Assembly: GCA_963725865.1 (NCBI GenBank)
Contig: CAVSAC010000001.1
Location: 1-25,986 of the forward strand
From: Candidatus Eiseniibacteriota bacterium
GTDB taxonomy: Bacteria > Eisenbacteria > RBG-16-71-46
Length of the DNA stretch: 25,986 nt
Direction of reading: 5' to 3'
In this document: one piece after another, positions 1 through 8,048 of the stretch
How positions within the stretch are numbered: position 1 is the stretch's first letter
Layout of the letters: each line of letters opens with the position of its first letter
Position numbers and translations under genes: made by a program
The notes under the pieces: model-generated
The model's database searches: none
What the model was told of the DNA's origin: nothing
What the model saw: only the letters and a program-made list of their open reading frames with translations

Positions 1-369
1 CCGTGGGACTCCTCGCGCGAGGACGCGTTCTTCACCTACTTCACGAGCAAGCAGACCGCGGGGGTGGACTCGCTGGGCTGGACCGTCATCGACGACCAGC
101 CGGACCCCGACCCCGATCCGCTCCATCCCGAGCTGCGCGTGGTCAACCGCCACTACGAGCTGTTCAACATCATCACCCAGAAGGTGTCCGGTCAGGTCAG
201 CTATACTCGCCTGGCGTACGGGAACGCCACGCTCACCTTCCTGCTGGTGAGCTCGCGCTGGGTGCTCCTGAGGTGGGACGACCACGAGGATCCGCGGACG
301 CCCACCCTGAACAACCCCGGCGACGAGAACGTCACGTTCTCCAAGCGCAGACTGGAGGCGAGCGGATGA
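1..369 (+). CDS. 5'-truncated hypothetical protein, probable paralog of the downstream lipoprotein
   Basis: Frame 1 is open from base 1 (PWDSSREDAFFTYF...YGNATLTFLLVSSRWVLLRWDDH...VTFSKRRLEASG*). Its stop TGA (367-369) overlaps the next ATG (ATGA). Motif order matches the downstream protein. Confidence 0.75.
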   Translation, partial: PWDSSREDAFFTYFTSKQTAGVDSLGWTVIDDQPDPDPDPLHPELRVVNRHYELFNIITQKVSGQVSYTRLAYGNATLTFLLVSSRWVLLRWDDHEDPRTPTLNNPGDENVTFSKRRLEASG

Positions 370-1115
370 GTCGGAGCCTGCGTCGATCGCTGTTCGCGCT
401 CGCGGTCACCGCGCTGGCGCTGGGATCGTCGGGCTGCTTCAATCCGTTCGACCCGCGCATCGCGGTGGGCGTGGGCCGTTCCGAGGCCAAGCCCGAGCCC
501 CGGTCGGCGACCGGCGTGATCGAGCTGTTCCGATGGTGCTATCAGAACCGCGCCATCAACGAGTACCGCGAGCTGTTCACCTCCGACTACGTCTTCACGT
601 TCGCCACCCGCGACAGCGCGGGCAACTCCTACCGCGGCACCCCGTGGCGGCGCGATGACGAGCTGATCTCGGCCCAGAACCTGTTCGTCACCGGCAAGGC
701 CGACGAGGAGCCGGCCTCGAGCATCACCCTCGATTTCGGCAATACGCTGCGGGCCTTCGCGGTCTCCGGTCGCGACCCCTTGTACCACCGCGAGGTCAGC
801 GTCGGCGTCGTGCTGACCGTGCGGCGCCCCTCGAGCAACCTCGAGGTGCAGGGTGTGGCCAACTTCTTCGTGGTGCGCGGCGACGTCGCGAAGATCCCCA
901 GCGACACCGGACTGCAGCCGGACCCGAATCGGTGGTACATCGAGGGCTGGGAGGACAACACCATCCAGAACGCGCCGATGGCGCGCCTGCTGCCCGCGCC
1001 CGGCGCCGACCGCGTCACGGTCGCGACGGCCGCCGCACGCTCCGCCGTGCCGCTGGCGTTCGACCCGACGCCCTTTCATCTGACCTTCGGCGCGCTGAAG
1101 GTGGTCTATCGCTGA
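366..1115 (+). CDS. Putative lipoprotein of unknown function (possibly NTF2/SnoaL-like fold)
   Basis: The real start is most likely ATG 366, overlapping the upstream stop. MSRSLRRSLFALAVTALALGSSG|CFNPFDP gives a basic N-region, hydrophobic core and lipobox-like Cys. YRELFTSDYVFTF and RWYIEGWED resemble NTF2-like signatures (inference). Confidence 0.8.
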   Translation: MSRSLRRSLFALAVTALALGSSGCFNPFDPRIAVGVGRSEAKPEPRSATGVIELFRWCYQNRAINEYRELFTSDYVFTFATRDSAGNSYRGTPWRRDDELISAQNLFVTGKADEEPASSITLDFGNTLRAFAVSGRDPLYHREVSVGVVLTVRRPSSNLEVQGVANFFVVRGDVAKIPSDTGLQPDPNRWYIEGWEDNTIQNAPMARLLPAPGADRVTVATAAARSAVPLAFDPTPFHLTFGALKVVYR

Positions 1116-1139
1116 CCCGGGCCACGGCGTCTCCCACCC

Positions 1140-1173
1140 AGCGGGGGCGATCCCATCGCCCCCGCTTCTGCTT
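1140..1173 (+). terminator. Probable intrinsic terminator of the lipoprotein operon
   Basis: Perfect 12-bp inverted repeat AGCGGGGGCGAT-CCC-ATCGCCCCCGCT (1140-1166) about 25 nt after the stop, followed by a weak T-rich tail (TCTGCTT). Confidence 0.6.
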
Positions 1174-1353
1174 GCCCGGCCCGGTGCCGCTCCGATCGAG
1201 CGCGTGGCGAAGGTCATCGCCCGGAGCGGGGCGTGCGCCGGGGCGGCGAGCCGCCGCCATCGCGAGACGCCCCGGCCCGGCGCCGCGATCCGGCGGGCCC
1301 TCCGTCCATCCTGCTCGACGCGCCATCGCCGCCGCGCCGCGCTGACCGACCGG

Positions 1354-1389
1354 CAAAGCAGCGGGGGCGCCCCGTGAGGGGCGCCCCCG
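1354..1389 (-). terminator. Probable intrinsic terminator of the beta-barrel gene
   Basis: Perfect 12-bp stem CGGGGGCGCCCC-GTGA-GGGGCGCCCCCG (1362-1389) about 25 nt past the minus-strand stop at 1414, followed on the minus strand by CTGCTTTG. Confidence 0.65.
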
Positions 1390-1413
1390 TGCCTGAGACT
1401 CGGCCGCGATCGA

Positions 1414-2719
1414 CTAGAACGAGTAGGTCGCGGTGACCTTCGGGAACAGCGGGAAGTCGCTGAAGCTGTTGGTCGGGAAGTAGCTGCCCGGGTTGTTGAA
1501 GAAGTCCTGGGCCAGCACGCCGTCGAACTGCAGCGTTCCGACCTTGACGCCCGCGCCAAGGTTGAGGCTGAACGTGTTGCTGTTGGTCTTCTGCTCCTTG
1601 TACGTCGACGTGCCGGTGTTGTCCTCGATCTTGTACGTGTAGAACGCGGTCTTGCGGCCGCCGAAGCGGATCGTCAGCCACGGGTTCACGTGCGTCTCGA
1701 GCGAGGCGAACACGGTCGGCATCATGCTCTCGGTGATCTTGACCTTCGCCGTCTTCTGGTCGTCGACGTTCGAGCCGAAGGTGACGCCGGCCACGAACAG
1801 GTCGTTCTGGTTCAGCGACCAGTTGCCGGCCACGCCCGCCGACCAGTTGGAGAACTTGCGATCGTACGCGGGCGCAAGCGTCGCCGGATCGTACTTGTAC
1901 GACAGGTCGTACGAGGCGAACTTGACGACCGGGACCACCAGCACGTTCGGCTCCCACTGCCACATCATGCGGCCGGCGAACAGATACGCGCCGGCGCCGT
2001 CCTCGACCTGCTTGCCGCCCGTGACGGGGATCTCGAAGGTGCGGCTCTGGTACTGGAACGACACCTCGGCGTTGGTGTTCGGGTTCAGCGTGAAGCCGAG
2101 ACCGCCACCCAGGCCCATCGTGTTGCGCTCGTAGTTGCCGAAGCCCTCCTGGACCGTCGAAGCGCCGGTCTGGGGGGTGAGCTCACGCTTCCAGTTCACC
2201 TTGTTCAGACGCAGGCCGACCGACGTGCCGCCGAACTTCTTGCCCCACATGATGTCGAACGACTCGTAGCCCGAGAAGTCGTTCGGATCGTACCCGTACT
2301 GGTCGCCGGGGAACGGCTGGCTGTAGCTGTCGCCCTGACCCAGCTGCGGGGAGTACTCGCGCAGGTGGAAGGAGAACGTGCCAAAGCGGCCATCCCAGAG
2401 GTTGCCCAGGACGGCGCCGACAGCGCGGTCGTCGAGACCGAAGTAGCCGTCCGACGGGTTGTAGGTGCCATCAGCCGGGTGCGCACGGTTCGCCGACACC
2501 GGGGCGAGGTAGAAGTCGCCGCGTGTTGCCGAACTCGCCGTACACCAGGTTGCCGACCGAGTTCAGGCACGACGGGAACGTGTAGATGTTGGTGTAGTCC
2601 TTGATGTAGTCACCCTGGATGTTCATGCCCTCGACGCGCGAGGTCTGGGCGAGCGCCACGACCGGGAGCGCGACCGAGAGGACTGCCAGGGTCATCACCT
2701 TCAGAAGACGAGACTGCAT
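1414..2719 (-). CDS. Outer-membrane beta-barrel protein (porin/transporter-like), one frameshift near 2522
   Basis: Signal peptide MQSRLLKVMTLAVLSVALPVVALA|Q (ORF 2471..2719) joins ORF 1414..2499 through one frameshift at about 2521-2524. Amphipathic beta-strands are rich in G/Y/F/W/N and the C-terminus is KVTATYSF (BAM-type terminal Phe). SD AAGGAGG at 2735-2729. Confidence 0.8.
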
Positions 2720-2951
2720 ATGAGGAAGCCTCCTTGGCGAGAGAGAGCTAAGACAGCCACGATGCAGATCAAGCCAGACATCCCGTGGCCAGTGCTACAA
2801 CGCGGTCGGTTCCGAGCCCCACCTCCTTTCAATGGATTCGCATGATTCGGATAGACAAACCAATGGCTCCATCACGTCCCTGGGATGGAGCTCACGAAGA
2901 AATAGCCAGAACCGAACCTCCCGGGGAGGGTCCTGGCGAACGCCCGGATGC

Positions 2952-2981
2952 AAGGTAGGTAAGCGCCCGGAAGCTTGTCAA
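2952..2981 (-). promoter_or_regulatory. Sigma70-type promoter for the beta-barrel gene
   Basis: Minus strand TTGACA (2981-2976), 18-nt spacer, TACCTT (2957-2952). Implies a 5' leader of about 225 nt. Confidence 0.6.
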
Positions 2982-3016
2982 GGCGATTTCCCCACCCACC
3001 CGGCCGCGCCGCCGCC

Positions 3017-3830
3017 TCAGCGGGGCCGGCGGACGGCCACGAACTGGATGGACAAGGCATTGTCGTACAACGGATTGTCAGGATCCATCGATCCCATCCG
3101 GACGCGCCCCTGGGCATGGGCGAAGTAGCCGTTGCCGAGCGCCAGGCCGACGTGGGCGACCCTTTCGCCGGCGGGAGCGAAGAACAGCAGATCCCCGGGA
3201 GCCACCTGGGCGCCGCGCGGCAGCGCGCGCGTGGCGCGGTGCTGCTGGCGGGCATCCCGGGGCAGCCTCACGCCCTGCTCGGCCAGAACCTGCTGCACGA
3301 ATCCCGAGCAGTCGAAGGCCGCGGCGCTGCGTCCCCCCCACAGGTAGGGCACCCCGAGCAGCGACTCGACCCGATCGGCCAGCCCGGGAGCGGGCGCGGT
3401 GCCGGTGGCGAGGGCGGCGGCCGGGACCCACCCGCGGCGCCCGTCCGGCAGCTCGACCTGGCGGTGACCGGCGCGGGCCGGTCCGGGGATGACCCGGGTG
3501 TTCCAGTAGAGCGGGCTCACCAGGATCCCGCCGCCGGGCCGCGCGTGCGCCAGGGTCATGGGCACCACCACGCGCGCCCGCGCCCGCGCGCCGCCAGCGC
3601 TCGACCCGCGCTCGAGGCACTCCCACCAGGCCCCAGGCGCGCACCCAGCCCCGGTAGCCGTCGGCGTCGTTCTCGACCCGCCACCAGCGCCCGTCCGCAC
3701 CGGCGCCGAGGACACGCACGGTCTCACCCAGCAGCAGCTGGCTGCGCATCTCGGTGGCGTGGTCGGGGCCGCGCCTGAGGTCGAGCGAGGCGATGATGAC
3801 CACCGCGCAGGGTTGGGGCGGCCGGCTCAC
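3017..3830 (-). CDS. SH3 + NlpC/P60 (C40) cell-wall peptidase, YkfC/dipeptidyl-peptidase VI-like; one frameshift near 3585
   Basis: GTG 3830 overlaps the GWxTD stop (GTGA). N-terminal SH3b-like region LDLRRGPDHATEMRSQLLLGETVRVL...DGYRGWV. Catalytic domain LGVPYLWGGRSAAAFDCSGFVQ...GDLLFF...HVGL...FAHA (Cys-His-His triad). Confidence 0.9.
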
Positions 3831-5131
3831 TCGATGCCCGAGTTGACCAGCGTGAAGCGCCCGAACCCCTCGCGGTCGACGAACACGAACCGGCGGTAGG
3901 GCTGGTTGTAGTACCAGATCTCCACCTGGCCCGAGACCGCGCTGGCGGCGCGGGACTCGACCTGGTCGGCGGGGCCGTACTTGATGTAGATCCGCCCCAT
4001 GTCCGAGCGCCAGCCCGGCCCGAACCCCTGGAAATGCTGTTCGGCATAGCGCAGCCGGCGGAAGAACTCGAGCAGCGCCTCGTTGCGGGGGGTGTCCGGC
4101 GAGGGATCGCGGCGGGCCCAGAACTCCTCCCAGGCCCGCGCCTGCTGGTCGGGCGGCAGGCCTCGCATGCGGTCGACCTCGGGGCCCTCGGCGATGTAGG
4201 CCAAGGGCTCGAGCAGTCGCTCCAGCTCCTTGCCTCGTGGAGGCCCGCTGTCCTCGACCTCGAAGGCGCGCTCGATACGCCAGCGCGAGCGCCCCTCGAC
4301 CAGCTGGATCTCGAAGGTGTACTCGCCCAGGAACAGGTCGCTGCGCGACGGGCGCACCACCACCGAGTCGGTCGCCTGCGCGAGGGTGACGGTCTGGGTC
4401 CCCACCACCACCTCCTCGCCCTCGTCGTCGAGGATGCGATAGCGCAGCGGATAGGTACGCGGCCACGGGCCGGGCCGGCGGTCGAACAGCGCGACGCGCG
4501 CGCCGAGGCGCGACACCTCGAGGCCGAAGCGACGCCCGGGCGCGACCTGGAAGCCGCGCAGCGAGTCCGCCACCCCGAGCTCGAGATCCGCCAGGCCGAG
4601 GGGCATCCGGGCGTAGTCTGGCAGGTCGAGGTCGTCGGTCGCGGTCGAGATCTCCTGCGAATTCACGTCGCGCACCGAGACCTCGACCCGGTAGCGGCCG
4701 GGCGGCACCGAGACCGTGCGTCGCTCCGAGATCACGGCGGTGGGCCCGCGCGTGGAGGCGAACGCCGCCACCGCGATCCGGCGGCTCCACACGTCGCCGA
4801 ACAGTCGGCCGTCGCCGCGCGGGCGCAGCACCACGGTGAACTCGGCCCCGGCGGCATAGCCCGCCGGGATCTTGACCCACTGCAGCTCGCCGTGGGCCAC
4901 GGTGACGGTCACGCCCACGCCGGGATGTCCCTGGGCATCGACCGAGATGGCGACATCGGCGGTGAAGATCGGCGGCCGGGCGGACCGCAGGGGCGGGAGG
5001 TCGTCCGCGCGCGCCGGCGTGGCCGCCGGCAGCGGCGCCAGGAGCAGGGCGACCAGGACGAGCGGCCTCAGGTGAGCACGCGGGTTCGGGCAGGGCACGA
5101 GCGCCACGCTAGCACAGCGCGACAGGCCCAC
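3827..5131 (-). CDS. GWxTD domain-containing secreted protein
   Basis: C-terminal FWARRDPSPDTPRNE...FFRRLRYAEQHF...GWRSDMGRIYIKYGPAD...EIWYY is the GWxTD domain signature. Signal peptide LVLVALLLAPLPAATPARA. The true start may be GTG 5107 or 5098. Confidence 0.9.
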   Translation of the reverse strand: MGLSRCASVALVPCPNPRAHLRPLVLVALLLAPLPAATPARADDLPPLRSARPPIFTADVAISVDAQGHPGVGVTVTVAHGELQWVKIPAGYAAGAEFTVVLRPRGDGRLFGDVWSRRIAVAAFASTRGPTAVISERRTVSVPPGRYRVEVSVRDVNSQEISTATDDLDLPDYARMPLGLADLELGVADSLRGFQVAPGRRFGLEVSRLGARVALFDRRPGPWPRTYPLRYRILDDEGEEVVVGTQTVTLAQATDSVVVRPSRSDLFLGEYTFEIQLVEGRSRWRIERAFEVEDSGPPRGKELERLLEPLAYIAEGPEVDRMRGLPPDQQARAWEEFWARRDPSPDTPRNEALLEFFRRLRYAEQHFQGFGPGWRSDMGRIYIKYGPADQVESRAASAVSGQVEIWYYNQPYRRFVFVDREGFGRFTLVNSGIE

Positions 5132-5216
5132 AAAGCGCTTGACCCCATGCCTCTGACGGTGGCCTCATAGAGTGGTATTCGTTCTGGGCCGGCACGAATC
5201 GGACCGACCGGGTCCC

Positions 5217-8048
5217 ATGCAGGACGTGCTCACGAATCGACCTTCCGTCTGGACGCTCGCTCGCCTGGTCGCGGCAGTCGCCCCCCTTCTCGTCGCATCC
5301 GTGCTCCCGGCGGGAGCCACCGCGCCCGCCCCGGGAGGCGTGCTGCCCGAGCCGGTCCGCCGCGCCTTCGAGGCCGGCGTGCTCGACGTGCGCGGGCCGA
5401 CCGCGATCAGCACCAGCGCCACCCAGACGACGTGGCAGGTCCCGGTGATCATGGTCGCGTTCAGCGACCTGCCGCTGACCTACACGCCGGCCGAGTTCGA
5501 GCAGGAGCTCTTCGACACCACCGGCGCGACCCCCAATGGGAGCGCCGCGGAGTACTGGCGCTGGGTCTCGGGCGGCCGGGTGCTCCTCACCGGGCGCGTG
5601 GTCGCGACGGTGGTGCTGCCCCACGACGTCGCCTACTACGGGTTCAACTACTGGGGCCTGCGCCTGACCTCGACCCCCAACAACATCTACGGAGCCATCC
5701 GCGACGCGCTCACCGCGTGCGAGGCCTCGGTGGACTGGTCCCAGTTCGACGGCGACCACGACGGCTACGTGGACATGCTCTGGTTCCTCCATGCCGGCGC
5801 GGGCGGCGAGGCGCTCCACGACTACAACTCGATGTGGTCGATCACCTCGCGCTTCAGCGCCGGATGGCTCTCGGGCTCGCCGTTCGAGACCTCGGACCCG
5901 GTGCCGGGCTCGACCGTTCAGAAGATGCGCATCGACCGCTTCTCCACCCTGCCCGAGCAGTCCGCGCTCATCACCGGGCGGCGCGCCGAGATCGGCGTGT
6001 ACTGCCACGAGTTCGGGCACGCGCTCGGCCTGCCCGATCTGTACGACACCAGCACCCTCGGCGGCACGCTCAACTCCGGACCCGGCTACTGGTCGCTGAT
6101 GTCGATGGGTGGCTCGGGCACCAACGGCGTCACCCCCGAGATCCCCGGGCACCTCGGCGCCTGGCCGCTCAAGATGCTGGGGTGGCTCACCGCGGTGCGC
6201 CCGGCCCGCGACACCACCATCGACCTGGCGCCGATCGAGACCGGCGGCGCCGCGGTCGAGGTGGCCTTCGAGGGCGAGAGCCAGCCCGAGCACCTGCTGG
6301 TGGAGAACCGCCAGCGCCTGGGCTTCGATCGCGACCTGCTGTCCGAGGGACTGGTGGTCTACCACCTCGATGAAGCCGGCATCGAGGCGCGCTACGCCGC
6401 CAACCGCATCAACGCCGGGCCCACGCCGGGCCTCAAGGTGGTCGAGGCCGATGGCCGCGACGACCTGTTCCTCGGCGCCAACCGCGGCGACGGCAGCGAT
6501 CCGTTCCCCGGCGACCTCGGCGTGACCGCGATCGGCGAGGACTCCTGGCCCAGCACCGCCACCTTCTCGGGCGCGCCCACCGGGGTCGCGCTGCGCGACA
6601 TCGCGCCGGTGGGTGACGCCATGCGCTTCACGCTCCAGGTCCAGGCGCCGGGATGGCTGCCGGCGCGCGACCGCACCGAGCCGGGGTTCGACCCGATCGA
6701 GGTGTACTCCCCGGCGCGGGCCGCCGTGGTGGGGATCGACGGCACCATCTCGATGGCGCGCAGCGAGGCGCGCGGGGGCGTGCCCCAGGTGGTGCTGCGC
6801 ACCCGTCGCGACGGCGCGTGGGATCTCGGCCAGGTGATCAGCGCCTCGCCGAACTCCGCGCTCAGCCCGTGCCTGGCGCCGCTGCCGGGCGGCGACCTGG
6901 CGATGGCCTGGAGCGACAGCCGCCCGGGTGGCGCGCGCATCTACTACCGCGCGCGGATCGGCGGCGTCTGGACCCCGGAGCAGCCGCTCTCGCTCACGCC
7001 GGGCGAGGCCTTCCGCCCCGCCATCGCCGCCGACGCCCACGGCACGGTGTACGCCACCTGGCTCCAGCTCCACGGCACGCGCCTCGACCTGATGTTCATG
7101 CGCTTCGCCTACACCTCGCCGTTCGGCACCCCGCGCGTGGTCACCGACACCACCAGCACGCCGGACGATCCGAGCATCACCGCCTCGCCCGATGGGCGCG
7201 TGTTCATGCTCTGGGCCGACCGCGCCTCGACGCCGCGCATGTTCTGGTTCGCGAGCTTCCGCGAGGACTCCGGCCTGAGCGCGCCCCAGACCCTGATCCC
7301 GCGGCCCTACCGGCAGCCGGGCGCATACTCCGGCGTGCTCGACGCGGCCGGGCGCCTGCACCTGGTGTGGTTCGAGAGCCAGGGCTCGACCAACGAGATC
7401 CACTACCAGCGCCGCGAGTTCGGCACGCCGTCGTTCCTGCGCGACTCCGTGATCGAGGTGCGCAACGAGTACCTGCAGAGCCCCACCCTCGAGCTCGACC
7501 CCACCGGCTCGCTCCACCTGGTGTACGAGAGCATCGCCTCGGGTGCGCAGCAGATCCGCTACAAGCGCTGGCGCGCGGGCTATGGCTGGGACGCGCGCTC
7601 CACCTCGGTGACGCTGCCGGCCGACGGCTTCGCCTATCGCCCGGTGGTGCTGCCGCTCTCGAGCGGGCGCGCCACCGTGGTGTTCACCAGCTACGTCGCG
7701 GGCGCGGCACGCTTCATCGAGCGCGATCGCACCCTCGACCCACCCCCCGTCACCGCCGTGCCGCACCTGACCGCGCCGGCCACGCTGGCGCTCGCCGCGG
7801 CGCCGAACCCGCTGCGCCCGGGCGCGGCCCTGGTGCTGCGCTGGACCGGCGCCGCGGATGGGGCGCCGCCCGAGGTCGAGCTGTTCGACGTGGCCGGTCG
7901 CCGGCTGGCGCACGCGCCGCTCGCCGCCGACGCCCTCGGCCGCGCGGCGGTGTTCGCGCCCGGACTGACCGCGACCTGGCCGGCGGGCCTGGTGTTCGCG
8001 CGCACCCGCGATGGCCGCGCCATGGCGCGGCTGGTGGTCCTGCCCTGA
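5217..8048 (+). CDS. M6-family (immune inhibitor A-like) zinc metalloprotease with repeat region and C-terminal T9SS/FlgD-like sorting domain
   Basis: Signal peptide; FDGDHDGYVD; HAGAGGE; HEFGHALGLPDLY zinc motif at about 6006; WSLMSMG; LLVENRQRLGFD. Repeated 'P-x-I-A-x-D...VY/LH-x-x-W' propeller-like units follow. Tail LAAAPNPLRPG...VELFDVAGRRL...AGLVFAR...LVVLP. Start ATG 5217 chosen; the ORF extends to 5172. Confidence 0.9.
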   Translation: MQDVLTNRPSVWTLARLVAAVAPLLVASVLPAGATAPAPGGVLPEPVRRAFEAGVLDVRGPTAISTSATQTTWQVPVIMVAFSDLPLTYTPAEFEQELFDTTGATPNGSAAEYWRWVSGGRVLLTGRVVATVVLPHDVAYYGFNYWGLRLTSTPNNIYGAIRDALTACEASVDWSQFDGDHDGYVDMLWFLHAGAGGEALHDYNSMWSITSRFSAGWLSGSPFETSDPVPGSTVQKMRIDRFSTLPEQSALITGRRAEIGVYCHEFGHALGLPDLYDTSTLGGTLNSGPGYWSLMSMGGSGTNGVTPEIPGHLGAWPLKMLGWLTAVRPARDTTIDLAPIETGGAAVEVAFEGESQPEHLLVENRQRLGFDRDLLSEGLVVYHLDEAGIEARYAANRINAGPTPGLKVVEADGRDDLFLGANRGDGSDPFPGDLGVTAIGEDSWPSTATFSGAPTGVALRDIAPVGDAMRFTLQVQAPGWLPARDRTEPGFDPIEVYSPARAAVVGIDGTISMARSEARGGVPQVVLRTRRDGAWDLGQVISASPNSALSPCLAPLPGGDLAMAWSDSRPGGARIYYRARIGGVWTPEQPLSLTPGEAFRPAIAADAHGTVYATWLQLHGTRLDLMFMRFAYTSPFGTPRVVTDTTSTPDDPSITASPDGRVFMLWADRASTPRMFWFASFREDSGLSAPQTLIPRPYRQPGAYSGVLDAAGRLHLVWFESQGSTNEIHYQRREFGTPSFLRDSVIEVRNEYLQSPTLELDPTGSLHLVYESIASGAQQIRYKRWRAGYGWDARSTSVTLPADGFAYRPVVLPLSSGRATVVFTSYVAGAARFIERDRTLDPPPVTAVPHLTAPATLALAAAPNPLRPGAALVLRWTGAADGAPPEVELFDVAGRRLAHAPLAADALGRAAVFAPGLTATWPAGLVFARTRDGRAMARLVVLP

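Noticed and set aside
100..120. Short CCGGAC/CCCGAC/CCCGAT repeat (PDPDPDP)
   Set aside because: Imperfect coding low-complexity linker, not a contingency repeat or CRISPR.
3..365. N-terminal 121 aa of the 370-aa ORF 3..1115
   Set aside because: It overlaps the real frame-1 gene. The signal peptide and ATGA coupling place the true start at 366.
2515..2530. Programmed frameshift or phase variation in the beta-barrel gene (likewise at about 3585 in the NlpC/P60 gene)
   Set aside because: No homopolymer tract or slippery heptamer at either site; consistent with the window's general indel error pattern.
2760..2800. Possible sigma54 promoter (TGGC...TGCA) in the beta-barrel leader
   Set aside because: GG-to-GC spacing is 8 nt, not the required 10.
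2832..3128. 98-aa plus-strand ORF in the intergenic region
   Set aside because: It lacks the local codon bias, has no SD or recognisable motif, and overlaps the promoter and the NlpC/P60 3' end.
5109..7913. 934-aa ORF antisense to the M6 protease, and similar long antisense/alternate-frame ORFs (9267..12890, 16744..18288, 3078..4880 in part)
   Set aside because: Shadow ORFs expected in very high-GC DNA with strong GC3 bias. They are Arg/Gly/Ala-rich with no motifs, except where they carry frameshifted pieces of the real genes.
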